Positions 12,444 to 25,722 of a stretch of 64,000 nucleotides of DNA are shown here, piece after piece; the stretch's first letter is position 1; every line of letters starts with the position of its first letter. Source of the DNA: Lytechinus pictus (taxonomy: Eukaryota); contig NW_026974140.1 in assembly GCF_037042905.1 (NCBI RefSeq), positions 248,001 through 312,000 on the forward strand, in the 5' to 3' direction. The notes under the pieces were generated by a model. It had not been told where the DNA came from, searched no databases, and saw only the letters and a list, made by a program, of their open reading frames with translations. The position numbers were made by a program, and so were the translations under genes.

Positions 12444-14575
12444 TTAATCCCCTTCTACAGTGAATATGAATAACAGGTTTTTTCATGTATTTATCCACAA
12501 TCAGGTGATAACCTCATCTAGAAAAAAAAAACATTTATTAAAAAAAGACAATAATTTCAACAATATAAACAACTGAAATAATATGCAAAAAGTATTCACG
12601 GATGTTTCAAACCAAACATTCTTTCTGCTTACATCGAAATATCCATGTTAATCTAGTTGTTTTCTTTCCGTTTCTGTTCTTCCTCGTACCGTCATATCAA
12701 TTTCTAAAACATTTTTCAGAGCAAAATCATTATAAATTATATAGTAATCCGAAATACAAAGTACTAATGTTCATAGGAGTGATCTTAAGTGAATTTGAGA
12801 GAGAGAGGAAGGGGTGTCAATTTCTGACACATAAACGGTTTGGAGGGATACCCACTCTGTAAGTCCCCCCCCCCCCCCCACACACACACACAACTCATCA
12901 ATGTTTTCAAAGTTTTCAAAGATACAACAGTTTTTAAAAGATGGAGTGAGGAGCCTTCATTTGATTTTTGAAAGATTTTCGAATTGTCAATATCAAACAT
13001 GATTGCATGTCGAGTCCGATGCTATTTTTATATCAACCTAATACCATAATCATCATCATCATCACACCAGTGTCTATTAAATTATACATTTGTGTGGATT
13101 TTGCAAAATTGAAAACTTTGTAATAGAATATTGCTTTTATTTGAGAGTACTGTAACATCCGAACTGGAAGCCATCCCGCCTACAACCTCCAACTGCGTTT
13201 ACAACTCGTCGGTCATTTCGATTTATGGATGATACCAGTTCACGAATACCAAGCGGTGCACGCCTGTATCATACTCATTAAAGACCAATTATCGGTCCTA
13301 CATAATCTATCCTCTGCAGGGGCGGATCCAGGATTTTCCAAAAGGGGGGGGGCAAATTTTTCAGAGGAAAATTTTGACACGCCAAAAAAAAAAATCGACC
13401 ACAAATTAAGGATATTCCGTACCTGAAAAAAAATGACAAGCCAAAAAAAATCTCAAAAAAAATTTAAACATCTCCAGGTTTATTTCACGCCCCCTAGGTT
13501 ATTTCTTGTAGCATATTTTTAAGATTCTATGGTATTGTTATCTTCAAAATTCATTTTCATTTTTAACAGGATGACCAAAAACACCTTCAAATTCATATTG
13601 CGGGAAATTGGACCTTTAATTCATCGAATGGATACAAATTTTCGCAAGGCAATAAGACCTGAGCATCACCTCGCCATCACCTTATGGAGGTTGGCAACAA
13701 ACCAAGAGTATCGCACTTTAGCTTGGCTCTTTGGAGTCGGTCGCTCAACTGTTGGATTTATCGTTGTTGACACGTGCCAGGAAATCATTAATGTATTTCA
13801 GGAAGGAATGATTAGAATTCCAGCTGGGCAAAATCTTGAGGTATGTTAAAACGTTACCAAGGAGCTTCACATTGATTTGATAAAGAAAGTTTTAAAGGAG
13901 CTTGAAATTAGCAGAAACTTTATGGGAAATGGAAATTGCATATATATTTATCTTGTTGTATTCTTAAAATCCGAACCAGCTGAAAAAACATAAACAACTA
14001 CCATTTTTCTTTATGGGTGTCTACATTTATTGTAGAAACTATTAAGTTATTACAATATGTTTACATTTATGTTTTGTATCACAAATATATATTTGTTTCG
14101 TGTGTAAAAATAAATAAAATCATACCAATACACCCACTTAATCATTTTTTTAATATGACAGGATATGCCTTTTCTCCCATGGGTAGTAATACTAGTACAC
14201 AAGTATCCCTCATAGATCAACCCCTATGTACATACATGTATATATTTGTAAGTGTGAATGAGAGTTTTATCTTTTTCATTTCTTTTCCATCCACCCCCCC
14301 CCCCCCCTCCAGGAATGTGTCGCAAGATTTGCTGGAAGATTCCCACAAGCAGTCGGTGCCAAAGATGGATCACACATCCCAATTAAGGCCCGTTAAAATC
14401 CAAAATATTACTTTAACAGGAAGGGTTTTTACTCTGTCATTTTGCAAGGAGTTGTCGACAGCTTTGGCAGTTCATTGATGTAAATGTGGGTTGGCCAGGC
14501 AGTGTACATGACGCACGAGCTTTTACTAATTCTACTATATACCAACAAAGATGAATGGTAGTGCCTTTCCTGAGC

Positions 14576-16512
14576 GGCTCGGTGTAAAAATGGCAGAGGT
14601 AAAAATGGCAGAGGTAAAAATGGCAAAGGTAAAAATGGCAAAGGTAAAAATGGCAGAGGTAATAATGGCAGAGGTAATAATGGCAGTGGTAAAAATGACA
14701 GAGGTATAAATAGCCAGTCTTAAACCCCCATGCCAAAAAATCCAAAAGCCCCTGCATGTACAATAGCTTAAATAAGAAAGGTTCTGAAAAGAAAATTAGA
14801 ATTATAATGTTTGACTAATGGAAAGGGTAACAATTTTTTAATCATACTGTAGATTTTCTGCACCAAATTGATATCACCTGAGTTGGTTTTTCTTAATTTA
14901 TTCCTGGACTTACATGCACAGCATTCTCATGTCAAATCGCTATTCTAATATTCAAATTCGAAGCACACTTTGGATCCCAAGTCTGATACTTAGTTCATTA
15001 AAGGGGAAATTCACCCTGACATAAAGTTAATTGAAAAATAGCAGAAAATAATTAAAGTGATATTGGTTAGGATTTAAGGGAATCCATCAAAGATTTAAAA
15101 AGCTATTCGAATTGTATATTTTAATGGTGACGTCATTTACGAGCAGTTGTTTTTCCAAATGTGGTGTAATGAAAAATATCAATGAAATGTAATAAAAAAA
15201 AAATTAAAGTGTTTTTTATTGTTTTTCATTTTTTTTTCAATTTCAATTTTTTTTTTTTGCAACAAAACGAAGTAAAGTGGTCGAAATACTTACAATGAAC
15301 TTATACAGACAATATAAATTGAGGCATGTACAATATATGATATTTTTCCTTAAGTAAACCAAAACAAATATTATATTTTAGCAAAATATCATTATAAAAT
15401 CTAATTCTGAGAAAATGGAGGGATCCACTAAAAAGCAGTGTTTGTATTGTGTGGACCCCTCTAAACAATTATTGTAGTATATCAATAAACAAATCATTTC
15501 ACATCCGCTCATGAAAGACCCTTTTTTAGCAATCATGAACCACTGATAAAAAATTTGAAAAGTAATACCGTGCAGCTGCTCGTTTATGACTTCACAGATC
15601 AAAAACTCAAGCTTCAAATAACGTTCTTAATATTTGATGGGTTTTCCGTAAGCCATCACCAATAAATTTTCTGTTATTTTTACAGTAAATCATTTGTCAG
15701 GGTGAATTTCCCCTTCAAAACAGGTCGATAGAATGGTACGTAGGAAAAGCCTATAAATTTAAAATAAAATTCTTGATTCGCTACACATTTCCAAATTCAT
15801 GCGGTAACTGTTACCATAGAAACTAGTTTAGGAACCTGCCATCCACAGGACTAGCTGCAATGAGGTATTGCTCTGAAAAAATTAAACACTAATTGTTATT
15901 ATTATATCATTTACATTAAACTATATACGTATCATATCAATATCTATTCGGATCCATTATGATGTTGAAATTAGAAAAAATACTTTTATTACAGAACGTT
16001 TTATTAGTTTTCTGTCATCCAAGTAATGCAAGTGGTTCGAAGAAATCCTGAACTTGTCTATTTCAGTGCGTTAATGGTAGCACACATTTTGGTGTTTACA
16101 CTAAAATTCGTTTGGTATCGTGATGAAGTGCTGTTCTAAAATACGAAATAGCCAAGATAAATCCTTTCATCACTCACTAATTGAACTCATTTTGGGATGA
16201 AAATGTATAGAGCTGACCTAAAATGATAAACAAATCTAGATAATATATTTCAGTTCATAATGCTCATTCCCTCGATAGGATTCCATTCAAGGCCAATAAT
16301 TATGACTGATATTAACTGGAAAGGCTCTGTCTTTTCCTTGTTGATATAGCATGTCATGATCTTTACCTAAGTCATTTTTAACTCTGCCATTTTTACCTCT
16401 GCCATTATTACCTCTGCCATTTTTACCTCTGCCATTTTTACCTCTGCCATTTTTACCTCTGACAATATTACCTCTGCCATTTTTACCTCTGCCATTTTTA
16501 CCTGGCACCTAT
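14576..16512. mobile_element. Foldback-type insertion with inverted 15-bp tandem arrays
   Basis: (ggtaaaaatggcaga)n at ~14584-14710 and its reverse complement at ~16370-16505. tgagc is duplicated at 14571-14575 and 16513-16517; removing the insert restores AFPEQPIQ. Confidence 0.8.
15002..15714. mobile_element. Kolobok-like MITE nested in the foldback element
   Basis: ttaa|aggggaaattcaccctgac ... gtcagggtgaatttcccct|tcaa. Confidence 0.75.
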
Positions 16513-19049
16513 TGAGCAACCTATCCAAATCGGCGGTTGTAATGTACCCCTCCTCTTACTTGGAGATCCAGCTTACCCCCTTCTTCCAAACCTGATGAAA
16601 CCCTTTAGTGATAATGGCAGGCTGACCAATTAACAGATTACATTTAACAACGAGTTGAGCAGCTGTCGGATTACTGTAGAGCATACCTTTGGTAGACTTA
16701 AATGGCGATGGCGGATCCTCCACAAGACGATGGACCATGAACTGAAAAAATGTGCCAAACACCATAATGACTTGTTGTATTCTGCACAACATAATAGAAA
16801 TGCACCATGATCCATTTATGAATCAATGGGAAGTTGACGCGATTGAGAACAATGACCAAGAAAATGCCCAACAAGACCCTGTACATGCTAATGCAAGGAA
16901 CATGGCGCAAGCTGCCACAGTGAGAAATGCTCTTAACACTTGGCATATTGAGGAGAGGTTGGACTTAACATTTTTGTTTTTTTAATCTTTATGTCATTGT
17001 GAAATATCTCAATGTTATACCCAATAATATTTGCGTATTACATGACCCTCAACCGTGGGTTGCTAAGTTATTCAGTTCTTGCCTTCTCCATTTTTAATGA
17101 CTTTCAAATTTATGGAGGCGGTTGACCCCCGCTCTAGCTGTGACGCCCTTGTATACAAAGCAAGCTCATATTTTATTTGTAGACTGCCAAAAAGATAGTG
17201 GAATATTAATGTTCATATGTAAATGACATTCTATTGGGGTTTTTTATTGTCACAGTGTGGAGAAAGTTCCCCTTACGTCACAGCATAAGATTTATTTTTT
17301 TTTACTATAGGAAAAAATTTTACCATACAGTTTAAGTTTACTGACTGGTTATTTCTTCCTCTGTGTACTGTGCGATGTTGCTAAAGAACTTTTCACAAAA
17401 ACAAAAGGGGATCCTTTGTGATCTATACATGTAGGTTACTGAAACATGCAACCCCCATTTTATAAATATCTGCGTACTTCAGCTTGAAAACAATAGGATT
17501 TTTTTCAAAAATTTAAAATCCAATGAATCTTTATGTGTATAATTACATACTTACGTATGCAATAATGACACTATTCAAACATTCTGCGCAAAAAAGTGAA
17601 AGCACCTCAATTCCTTCAAATTTGGTAAGATTATCATTGCTGCAAATAATTCATTAAAATAAGAAATTGTATCATTAATATCACTTAAGAAAGGAAGCAA
17701 GGATTTTACATTAAAATGGAACAAAAAAGGAAAGGTAAGAATGTGACATTGGTTCATGTAATGCATATTCATGATGATACACACACCCATGTATGGCATA
17801 AGTAATTGATGATTTCCACAGGTTAATCCAGGGGGGCAAACTTGCCCGTGCCCCTCCCCCTGGAGGGGCACGATTAAAATTAGTAATGTAAAATGCCATT
17901 AAAACAGAAGTGCCCCCCCCCTCCCCTTTGGAAAAATCTCCTGGATCCGCCCCTGGTGATTTTGATGTCAGTGTCCAACTCTGAGATGGGTTAAGACAGC
18001 TATTGACATCACTAATCTACCACATCATCTCATCTGAACATGAGAAAGGGGGGGGGGGTGCAGATTGAATTGTCTACAAGAGTCAACATTTTAGTTAAAA
18101 TTTATAAAGCTCTTAATATTTGCAATCACCTTAACTGTAAACATAAGAGTTAACTTTACAGGAATGCTTTTATTGATGTCAGCCCGAAATCCTGATTTAT
18201 CCAGTCTCAATGGCCAGGTGTTTGTGAATTGAGACATTATATGTAAATCATCAAAATAAGCTGTGATGATCTTTTCAGCAGGTGGCATTTAAAGAAGGGG
18301 ATGATCACCGTGACCAAAAGCTGAAAAAATGATAAAAATTTTTACTGAAGGTATGATAAAAATCCAAAGAATAACAAAGTTATTAGAATTTTAATGTTTT
18401 AATTTGTGACATCATATGTGAGCCTTCCTAAGTATCGTATGGTAAAATATTTATGCATTTTATATTACTTAACATATGGGGCAGCTGCTCATTCATGATG
18501 TCACAAATCCAAAACTTAAACTTCTAAAAACTTTAATCTTTAATGTACTTTCTTCAAACTTTCACCAATATTTATTTTTCTGATATTTTTTGACAAACAG
18601 TGAACTTCCTTTTTACTACAGCCCTCAAATTGCCAAGAATACAATTTTCTAAGGGCAATCCAAACCCTATTATAGTTTCAAGTGCAGTAATATGACTGGT
18701 GTTGGTGTTTTTGTAACACCTTATTACAGAAAAGTACTTGAAATCACCATATGTAAATACATTTGTAACATTTACTTTTGATTTTTTTAAAGAAATTTAT
18801 CTATAAATATGCTAAATGTTATTTCATTCATGTAATTAAAAAAAAATTGAATACAGGCCAGGAAGAAAAAAAGTGTATTGCAAGTATTCACTGATTTATA
18901 GGTAAATTTATATGTAACATACGCAACATGCTCTCATTACCCCATTCCTCATTGAATATCTGGAGAGAAAAAAAAGTGGTTTCCAAAAAAAAATTAAGCA
19001 AAGCATAAATACTTTTTGTTCAGGTTAAAAATATGTTTCAGCAATCTGT

Positions 19050-19520
19050 GCACAAGCGATTAAGGCACATGTCTCTTGATACACACGCATAAATGTTTCT
19101 TTGGCAAAAAGTTTCAATGGCTAAGAATAACTCAACTGCAGGTGTAGTTAAAACAAGTATACATTTGCATATGAATGTAAGCTAAGTCTACTGAAGATAA
19201 ATCTAACTCTACCACAAAGTACCCTGTGACTCTAAAGCTATGTATATAACTATTGTATAATTAACAGTCCATTTCAAGAAAGAAACTTTCAATTCTGCTA
19301 ACTGTCTACACACATAAATGTTTCTATGGCATATTTCAAATGTTAAGAATAAGAACTCAACTACAGTCTACATGTGTAGTAAAAACATGTATACATTTAC
19401 CTATGAATATAAGCAAAGTCTATTGACAAATCATCTAACTCTACCACACTACCCTGTTCCTGTAATGCTATGGATAAAACTATTACTAATTAACGGTTCA
19501 TACAAAACACAATTTTGCTA
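19050..19520. repeat. Diverged ~230-bp tandem duplication
   Basis: taagaataa..ctcaact..gtatacattt..tctaactctaccaca..taccctgt occurs at ~19122-19270 and ~19344-19500. Confidence 0.6.
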
Positions 19521-20535
19521 ACATTCCAATAATGGTTACTAAAATATAACTGACATTGGACTGCTGAGCTTAATTTACTATATGTGTGGTAGTAATGACC
19601 TAGTTACCATCATGAATTCCATATGAAATGGGCTAAACACTTCTGGATCAACATTAATTGCATCATAATCTGCTATTATCATCTTATCCTTTTCTTTTTC
19701 CATAAAGGTAAACTACACAAGGTAGGAAAACAAAGTAGATAACTGAGTCATTTTTCCGCGTAAAAATAAAGGGATATCGTGTACATTCAAAATGACTATA
19801 ATGGATATATCTTTGTAATGAGCAAAACACTTCTTACATCTGTTTTGAACAGGGCATAAGTTCTTTACCTATCAATTCCAGCCTATAACCATTCAAATAT
19901 CTATTTAACTACATGTAGTTGTAAAACTTTGAAGTTAGATGTACATGTACAACCTTGCCCATGATGGTTTAGATCATTGCAACTAGCAATATCTTCTGAA
20001 AACTATATGCACAGTACATTTGAGTAAAGTAAAAAAAACGGCAAGTATGATGTAACCTTGTACATAACAGGCAAGATATTGCATTGATGATGACAAGGGA
20101 TTGCACCACAGTATACACACGAGTAAATAATGCAATGGAAAATGGATGAAAGAGAGGTAGTTTGGCCTGAATTTTTATTAATTCTTCAATTTTATAACAT
20201 AAAATACCAATGTTTGTTTTGAAATTTAACTTCTATCATCAGTGTTCACATGACGTTCAAAACTAATTACACAAGAAGAGAAATATTTTTGCTATCACTT
20301 GTATGAATAGATATATATCCGTCATTCGCAATACTGAATGAACTTTCAGAAACGGTCAGATGTCATTTATGTTGGTATTCTTGGAATTTGACATGGAATA
20401 ATGGACTTAAGTGATTAATTATACAACACTAAATATTTACAAACATCATGTTTTATTGTTTACATGTACATTGTCATTTTCCACTTGCCATTATTCATTT
20501 TTTTCTTTGTCTTGAGAAGTTTTCATTAATATATG

Positions 20536-21316
20536 AAGAGCTCACTTGCAAAAGGGGTTAGGTCAATTTTTCATCAAATTTGATTTTTATGTCTTAATGT
20601 ATAGACTTTTAGTAGCTCTATAAGATGATACCAAAGAAAAGTTGAAATTCCTATTAAAAAGTGAACAAAAATGGCAAAGAAAAATCACTTTTGTTAAAAG
20701 GGGTTAGGTCCACACATAATTTTTTGGGAAAAGAATATCTTTAAAAATATGAAGACAGGTAGATTTCTCTTATACCCAATTTTATGTTTTCAGAGTAGGG
20801 TATCATAACAATTCAGTTTCGCATAAGAATATTGCATTATGGGAGAATTAAAAAAAATATTTTCTTGGAGTGGACCTAACCCCTTTTGCAACTAAACTCT
20901 TCTGAATAACTAATTTGTCAAAAGGGGTTAGGTCAATTTTTCATAAATTTAATTGTTTTCTGTCTCTAAACCTCTAATGTTTTAGTCACTCTGATGATAC
21001 CAAAGACAATTTGAAATTCAAATGAAAACGTGAATGAAAGTGGCATAGAAAAAACACTTTTTTATCAAAAGAGATTGGATTCATTTCAGTTTACTTGCAA
21101 AAGGGCTCCGGTCCACAATGATAATTTTTTAAAGATTTGTAGAAAAATTGAAGACAGGTAGATTTCTTTTATACCCAATTTCATGTTCACATGATGGGGT
21201 AATACATCGTGATAATTTAGTTTCTCATAAGAATATTGCATTAAGTGAGAATAAAAAACATGGTTTTTCTCGGAATGGTCCAAAGTGGACCTAAGCCCTT
21301 TTGCAACTAAACTCTT
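20536..21316. mobile_element. Head-to-tail dimer of a ~370-400-bp MITE (Sola-like GAG termini, tentative)
   Basis: aagagctcacttgcaaaaggggttaggtc ... gacctaa(c/g)ccc(t)ttttgcaactaaactctt occurs twice, with atatg flanking the whole dimer. Related fragments at ~54600-55200. Confidence 0.6.
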
Positions 21317-21925
21317 ATATGTTCAGCATAATTTTTACCTAAATATGTGGAATTGCCTTCATACTTTAAATGTGCCGTCTTATTTCTGTTTATTATCCAT
21401 GTATTTATATAATTTCTCAGAATGTCTTGACTCCTTCAGACCAGTCCATGGTTATGACTTCAGGTCAATGAGAAAATGAAATAAAATAGAAAAAAAATGG
21501 GGGGGGGGGGTGAACTGTCATTACTTATTGGACACCATGCTCGTACATTAACTTTCTCAATCAATTATTAACAAGTAATCATCTTGTGGCTTCCAAGGCG
21601 ATTACAACGTACAGAAATATACCCTTAACGCAGATCGATTGAAACGTATACCCTTTCTGTTGGTTTGGTCACTTAGACCCTTGTGACGTATGTATTTATA
21701 CAAAAAAAACAAAACCCTTTTGGTGTACTAAGTGAGCGAACGTGGCGTCCTAATTGTACGGACATATGCCAAAAATACCCCCATCACCATCTCCTGCTCC
21801 AATGGTGGTCACAAAAAGCCCTTCAGAAGTGTGAAGTCAGTTCAAAGTTCAAAGCATATGATAAATCTTCTCATTCTGATCTTTCTCTGCATCACTTTGT
21901 GTTCCTCCCATGTGAGAAGATGGCT

Positions 21926-22223
21926 ATGAATGAAGATGCCTTAATGACTGCTGATTATGCAAATGGGATGTTGGCGTGTAAGTTGCAGGTGTTAGTTGTG
22001 GAGGGTCTACGAAAGGTTAGTTGGTATGTTGTTGAGGGTATGGTGGCTGTGGAGCAGACATAGCAGGTCCTGGTTGCCTCATAAAAGACGAGAAAAACAT
22101 TTACCACTTCTTGTCTTTTTTCTCTCGGAGTTCCCTCTCCCTTCTTTCCTTTCTCTCTGCCTCTTCTCTCTGCTGTTGCATCTGCATTCTAGTAAGTTCG
22201 ATCATCTGTCTCATCGTTTCTAA
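21926..22223 (-). pseudogene. Probable C-terminal exon of the Harbinger Myb/SANT-like partner gene
   Basis: ttttcag acceptor, then LETMRQMIELTRMQMQQQREEAERKERRERELREKKDKKW*MFFSSFMRQPGPAMSAPQPPYPQ (coiled coil then Pro/Gln-rich). It is convergent with the transposase, as in many Harbingers. The Myb domain itself was not seen. Confidence 0.5.
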
Positions 22224-23598
22224 CTGAAAAGGGGAATTTAAAAAATAAATATATAACATGAAATGCCACCTGGTATTATGTCTCAAGTCTAGAAAATAAA
22301 CACCAAAAAAATTAAAAAACATCAATTCATATACATGTAGTCTATTCCTAAAGCCTCAAATGTTACTTTAGAAATGGTCATCTTTAATTTTATTACACAT
22401 TTTCAAAATGATCAAAGCACCTTTAGACCATTCTATTACCTATTTCATTCATAATGATTTTTCGGCTAAAAAAATTTCAAGTTCACGTAAAAAAAAGGAA
22501 TTAGAAAATGTAAATACAGAAATTGGGTCTTACATGTAAAAAAAAAACAGAGCAAAAGCCCCCACTGTTTCATCAAATTTAATTAAATCCCCCAAGGTTT
22601 TTTCTCATTCACTGGCAGTACCAAGTAATTGATGTCACACAAGCTTAATATAACATTTGCATTATTGTTTGAAATATTTCTGAAATCTCTCATTACTGTA
22701 AAATTTGTTTGATTTTTCATTAAATCATCTTTATCCAGATTATTACAAATCGATGACTTATTTTTCAACAAAGCTATGAAAATTGAGATATTTGATATTG
22801 CGTATGATAAAAAAAAACTAAATTGGGGGTATTGGACATCATAAGCTCCTTGTTGACAGGATGTACAGTTGTCTTGTAAAAATGTCATAAATTTCTTATT
22901 TATCCATTTTTGATGGATTATATAGTGTTTTTTTAATTTGTTTTGCTAACTAAGTGTAGGCTTTTGATAAAGAATGGTTTCAAATTTTGAGAAGAAAACA
23001 AGTGTACAAATAATTTGCCATTGCTTGCCATTTAATTCCATACGAGGCATCAAAACACATATGGCAATATGCCTAAATAACATAAAAGGTAATGAACATC
23101 AACACAATCTGAATAATGTCGTGAGACATAAGACTACATATGCATTAGAACTTTGGCATAATGAAAGATATGGTCACGTGAACACCAGGAGGGTAGTAAC
23201 TCCTCCCTGGAGCTGTTGATCACGTGACCCACCCAAAGGATAGTACAGTAGATCCCACGGGTATTTTTTCCTAAATCTTGGTAATCAACATCTTGGGAGC
23301 ATATTCTTTGATATTAATATTGGTGATCTGTCAGGTTTCAAACAATTTGTTTCTGAACACAAACCTTCTACATGCTGTATAAGGCAACCCTTTCATACTC
23401 CACCTTACCATTTACGAAGCTATGGCGTGCGGACGTGTCTCGGTTACTCTCTAAATTGAATCACCTAACTGCACCAAATATTCGTTAAATTTTGTTCTTC
23501 AGCCAGATTTGGAGTCGCTGCATTTGTCTAGGAGCTGTAATTTTTTAGTGAAACTAACTTTGTTTTGAACGGTCCTGATAGCCCTGCATTGTCGAATC

Positions 23599-24327
23599 AT
23601 GTCCAAAGAAGCGAAACGCACAACACGCTCGTCGCCGGTTGATATATCGGAGAACATTCGGGACGAAGTGCGGAAGGCGCTGGACGTCAACGGTGAGTTG
23701 GTGGATATTCTGGTGTTAAAAATTAAGGAAACACTAATTTGTGAGTTGACGGATGTTATTGCAGTGAAAGTTGCTGAATCCCTGCGAGAGAGTCATGAAT
23801 TTGATTCAGAGATCAGAGATAAAAAAAATTCTGAGTTATGAAAAGAAATTGACGAGATTAAATTACAACAGGATGAGATGGAACAGTACTCAAGAAGAAA
23901 CTGCTTGATTTTTCATGGCCTGCTGGAAAAGGAGGGAGAGATCACTGATGTTGTTGTGAGAAAGGTGTGTAAGGAAAGGCTAGAGATCGACCTCGAAGTC
24001 AACGACCTCGACAGGACACATCGGCTTGGAATTGCCAAAGGGAAGCCAAAACCCAGAGGGATAATCGCCAAATTCACGAACTACGGCATCAGAAATCGCG
24101 TATATCAGAAAAGGAGGACATTACGTGAGCAAAGAGGACCCCAAGTTTTCATTCAGGAGAGTCTTACGAAGGCAAGAACTGACTTGTTTTGGGAAATTAA
24201 GACGAAACTGACAAGTGACATCAAAAGCTTGTGGACCCAAGATGGCCGCATAAAAGTGCTTACACGGGACGATCGCCGTGTTACTCTATGGAATAGCACT
24301 CACTTAAAACGGATTAGGCCTTTGTAG
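23599..24327 (+). pseudogene. LINE ORF1 (coiled coil + L1-type RRM/CTD) with one in-frame TGA at 23839-23841
   Basis: ORFs 23599 and 23878 share a frame. Motifs EQYSRRNCLIFHGL.E, DRTHRLG, PRGIIAKF, VFIQESLT and WTQDGRIKV. Confidence 0.85.
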
Positions 24328-25722
24328 TTTATTGACTGTCATGTGTATTTAACTTTTACTGTGAATTTAATGCCGGGCTAATATGTTGTTATTAAACTGT
24401 AGAGTAAAATATGTGACCTAATCGTTTAATATACATGTACATGTATAACGTAATATTGATACTGTAACCTTCTCGTTTGATGGTATGAAAACTCAAACAA
24501 TTGATTTTTTTTTTTTTTTTTTTTACGTTTTACACACATAATAGAAACAATTAAAGCGTAACTCGACCCCGGCGGTTTTGTGTCCTTTTTATGTCGTATA
24601 TACATGATCATTTTATACAGTAATTTCAAGCTAAATATTTCTTGGATACGGAGTGAAATGGGCTTAATTCGTGTCAGTTTATACAATGCATCGTACATAA
24701 TGGACATAGCACGAGTATATGTTTAACGTCATGGTTGTCAATAAGAGGCAAGGCTCAGGCCTTTCCCGCACACAATTGGTGCAATCTTTGTTTTTTATAC
24801 TATTAAACTGCACGATCTATTCACTTTCAGTGCATGCCTTGTATACTAAGTCTTAGCAAGGAACGATTAGCGACCATTGATGCGTGGGCTTATACTCGCC
24901 TCCACCCAAACTTAGCACCCCTTGTATTGTCACGAGATAACACAGGTTGTATAATAGTTCACTCACGATCAGTGCAAAATTTAAGCCTCAGCGTTTTCGT
25001 CGTTTTATTATGTTTGACATAATGAGCTCGTGTTTTGCTACGACCATGGCTGCTATTGTTATAATGTAACAAGAAATTGGTAACCATGCATAGTGACTTT
25101 GTATTTGCCCTGAAATTCAGTAGTCATATAAATTCCCGATCAGCAGTCTTTTTCTCAAGCTAATTATTTGTTAACTACGGAGTGAAGTTGACCTAATCGT
25201 GTCATTTTATACAATGCATTGGAAGGCATGATACTCAACGCTAAAAAAAACTTTAAAAAAGCGTTTTAGCTTGATTCCGGCTGGTTTTGCCATTTTTCGT
25301 TATCTGATTGTACATATGACATTAAATTGGCACACAAGCCGAGTGCTCGCTTATTGCAGTTACGGTAGTAGGCTCAGACGATTATGGGCTTGAGACCAAT
25401 TGATGTAATATTTGTTTATTTTGTCGTGTTGTTTTACATGTATATGCTCTACATAGTAAACCTGTGTCTTGCAATTAACGTGGCTGTTGTGTACATATAT
25501 TTTTACAGCGCAATTAAGGGCAAAGGGTATAATTACAAAATCTTTGTTGCCATAATTGTAGCTTAATTTGTCAAAATGTCTTACTAGTGACATAACAAAT
25601 TTGTTCCAATGATTTGGTGCAGTGTTTAGTGACTTATTGCTGATTAACTTTTCAGTTAGAGGTTTGTTGTGTGTGTGTGTGTGTTTTTTTTTTCCTTGCA
25701 CAGTTATTTTGCGTGTTTTGTT

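Larger units (their letters stand above)
13570..16985 (+). pseudogene. PIF/Harbinger (HARBI1-like, DDE_Tnp_4) transposase pseudogene; exons 13570-13840 and 14313-16985, interrupted at 14576-16512
   Basis: [101 protein letters not shown] and TCCILHN. Phase-0 GT-AG intron at 13841-14312. Stops and frameshifts present. Confidence 0.9.

Noticed and set aside
14429..16508. ORFs with PFLPL, CHFYL and GKNGR repeats
   Set aside because: These are translations of the 15-bp tandem arms of the foldback insertion.
13317..17955. hAT-type TIR pair (caggggcggatccagga / tcctggatccgcccctg) apparently capturing the Harbinger transposase
   Set aside because: The flanks (atcctctg versus gtgatttt) are not a TSD, and the right end fits a separate small MITE starting near 17817.
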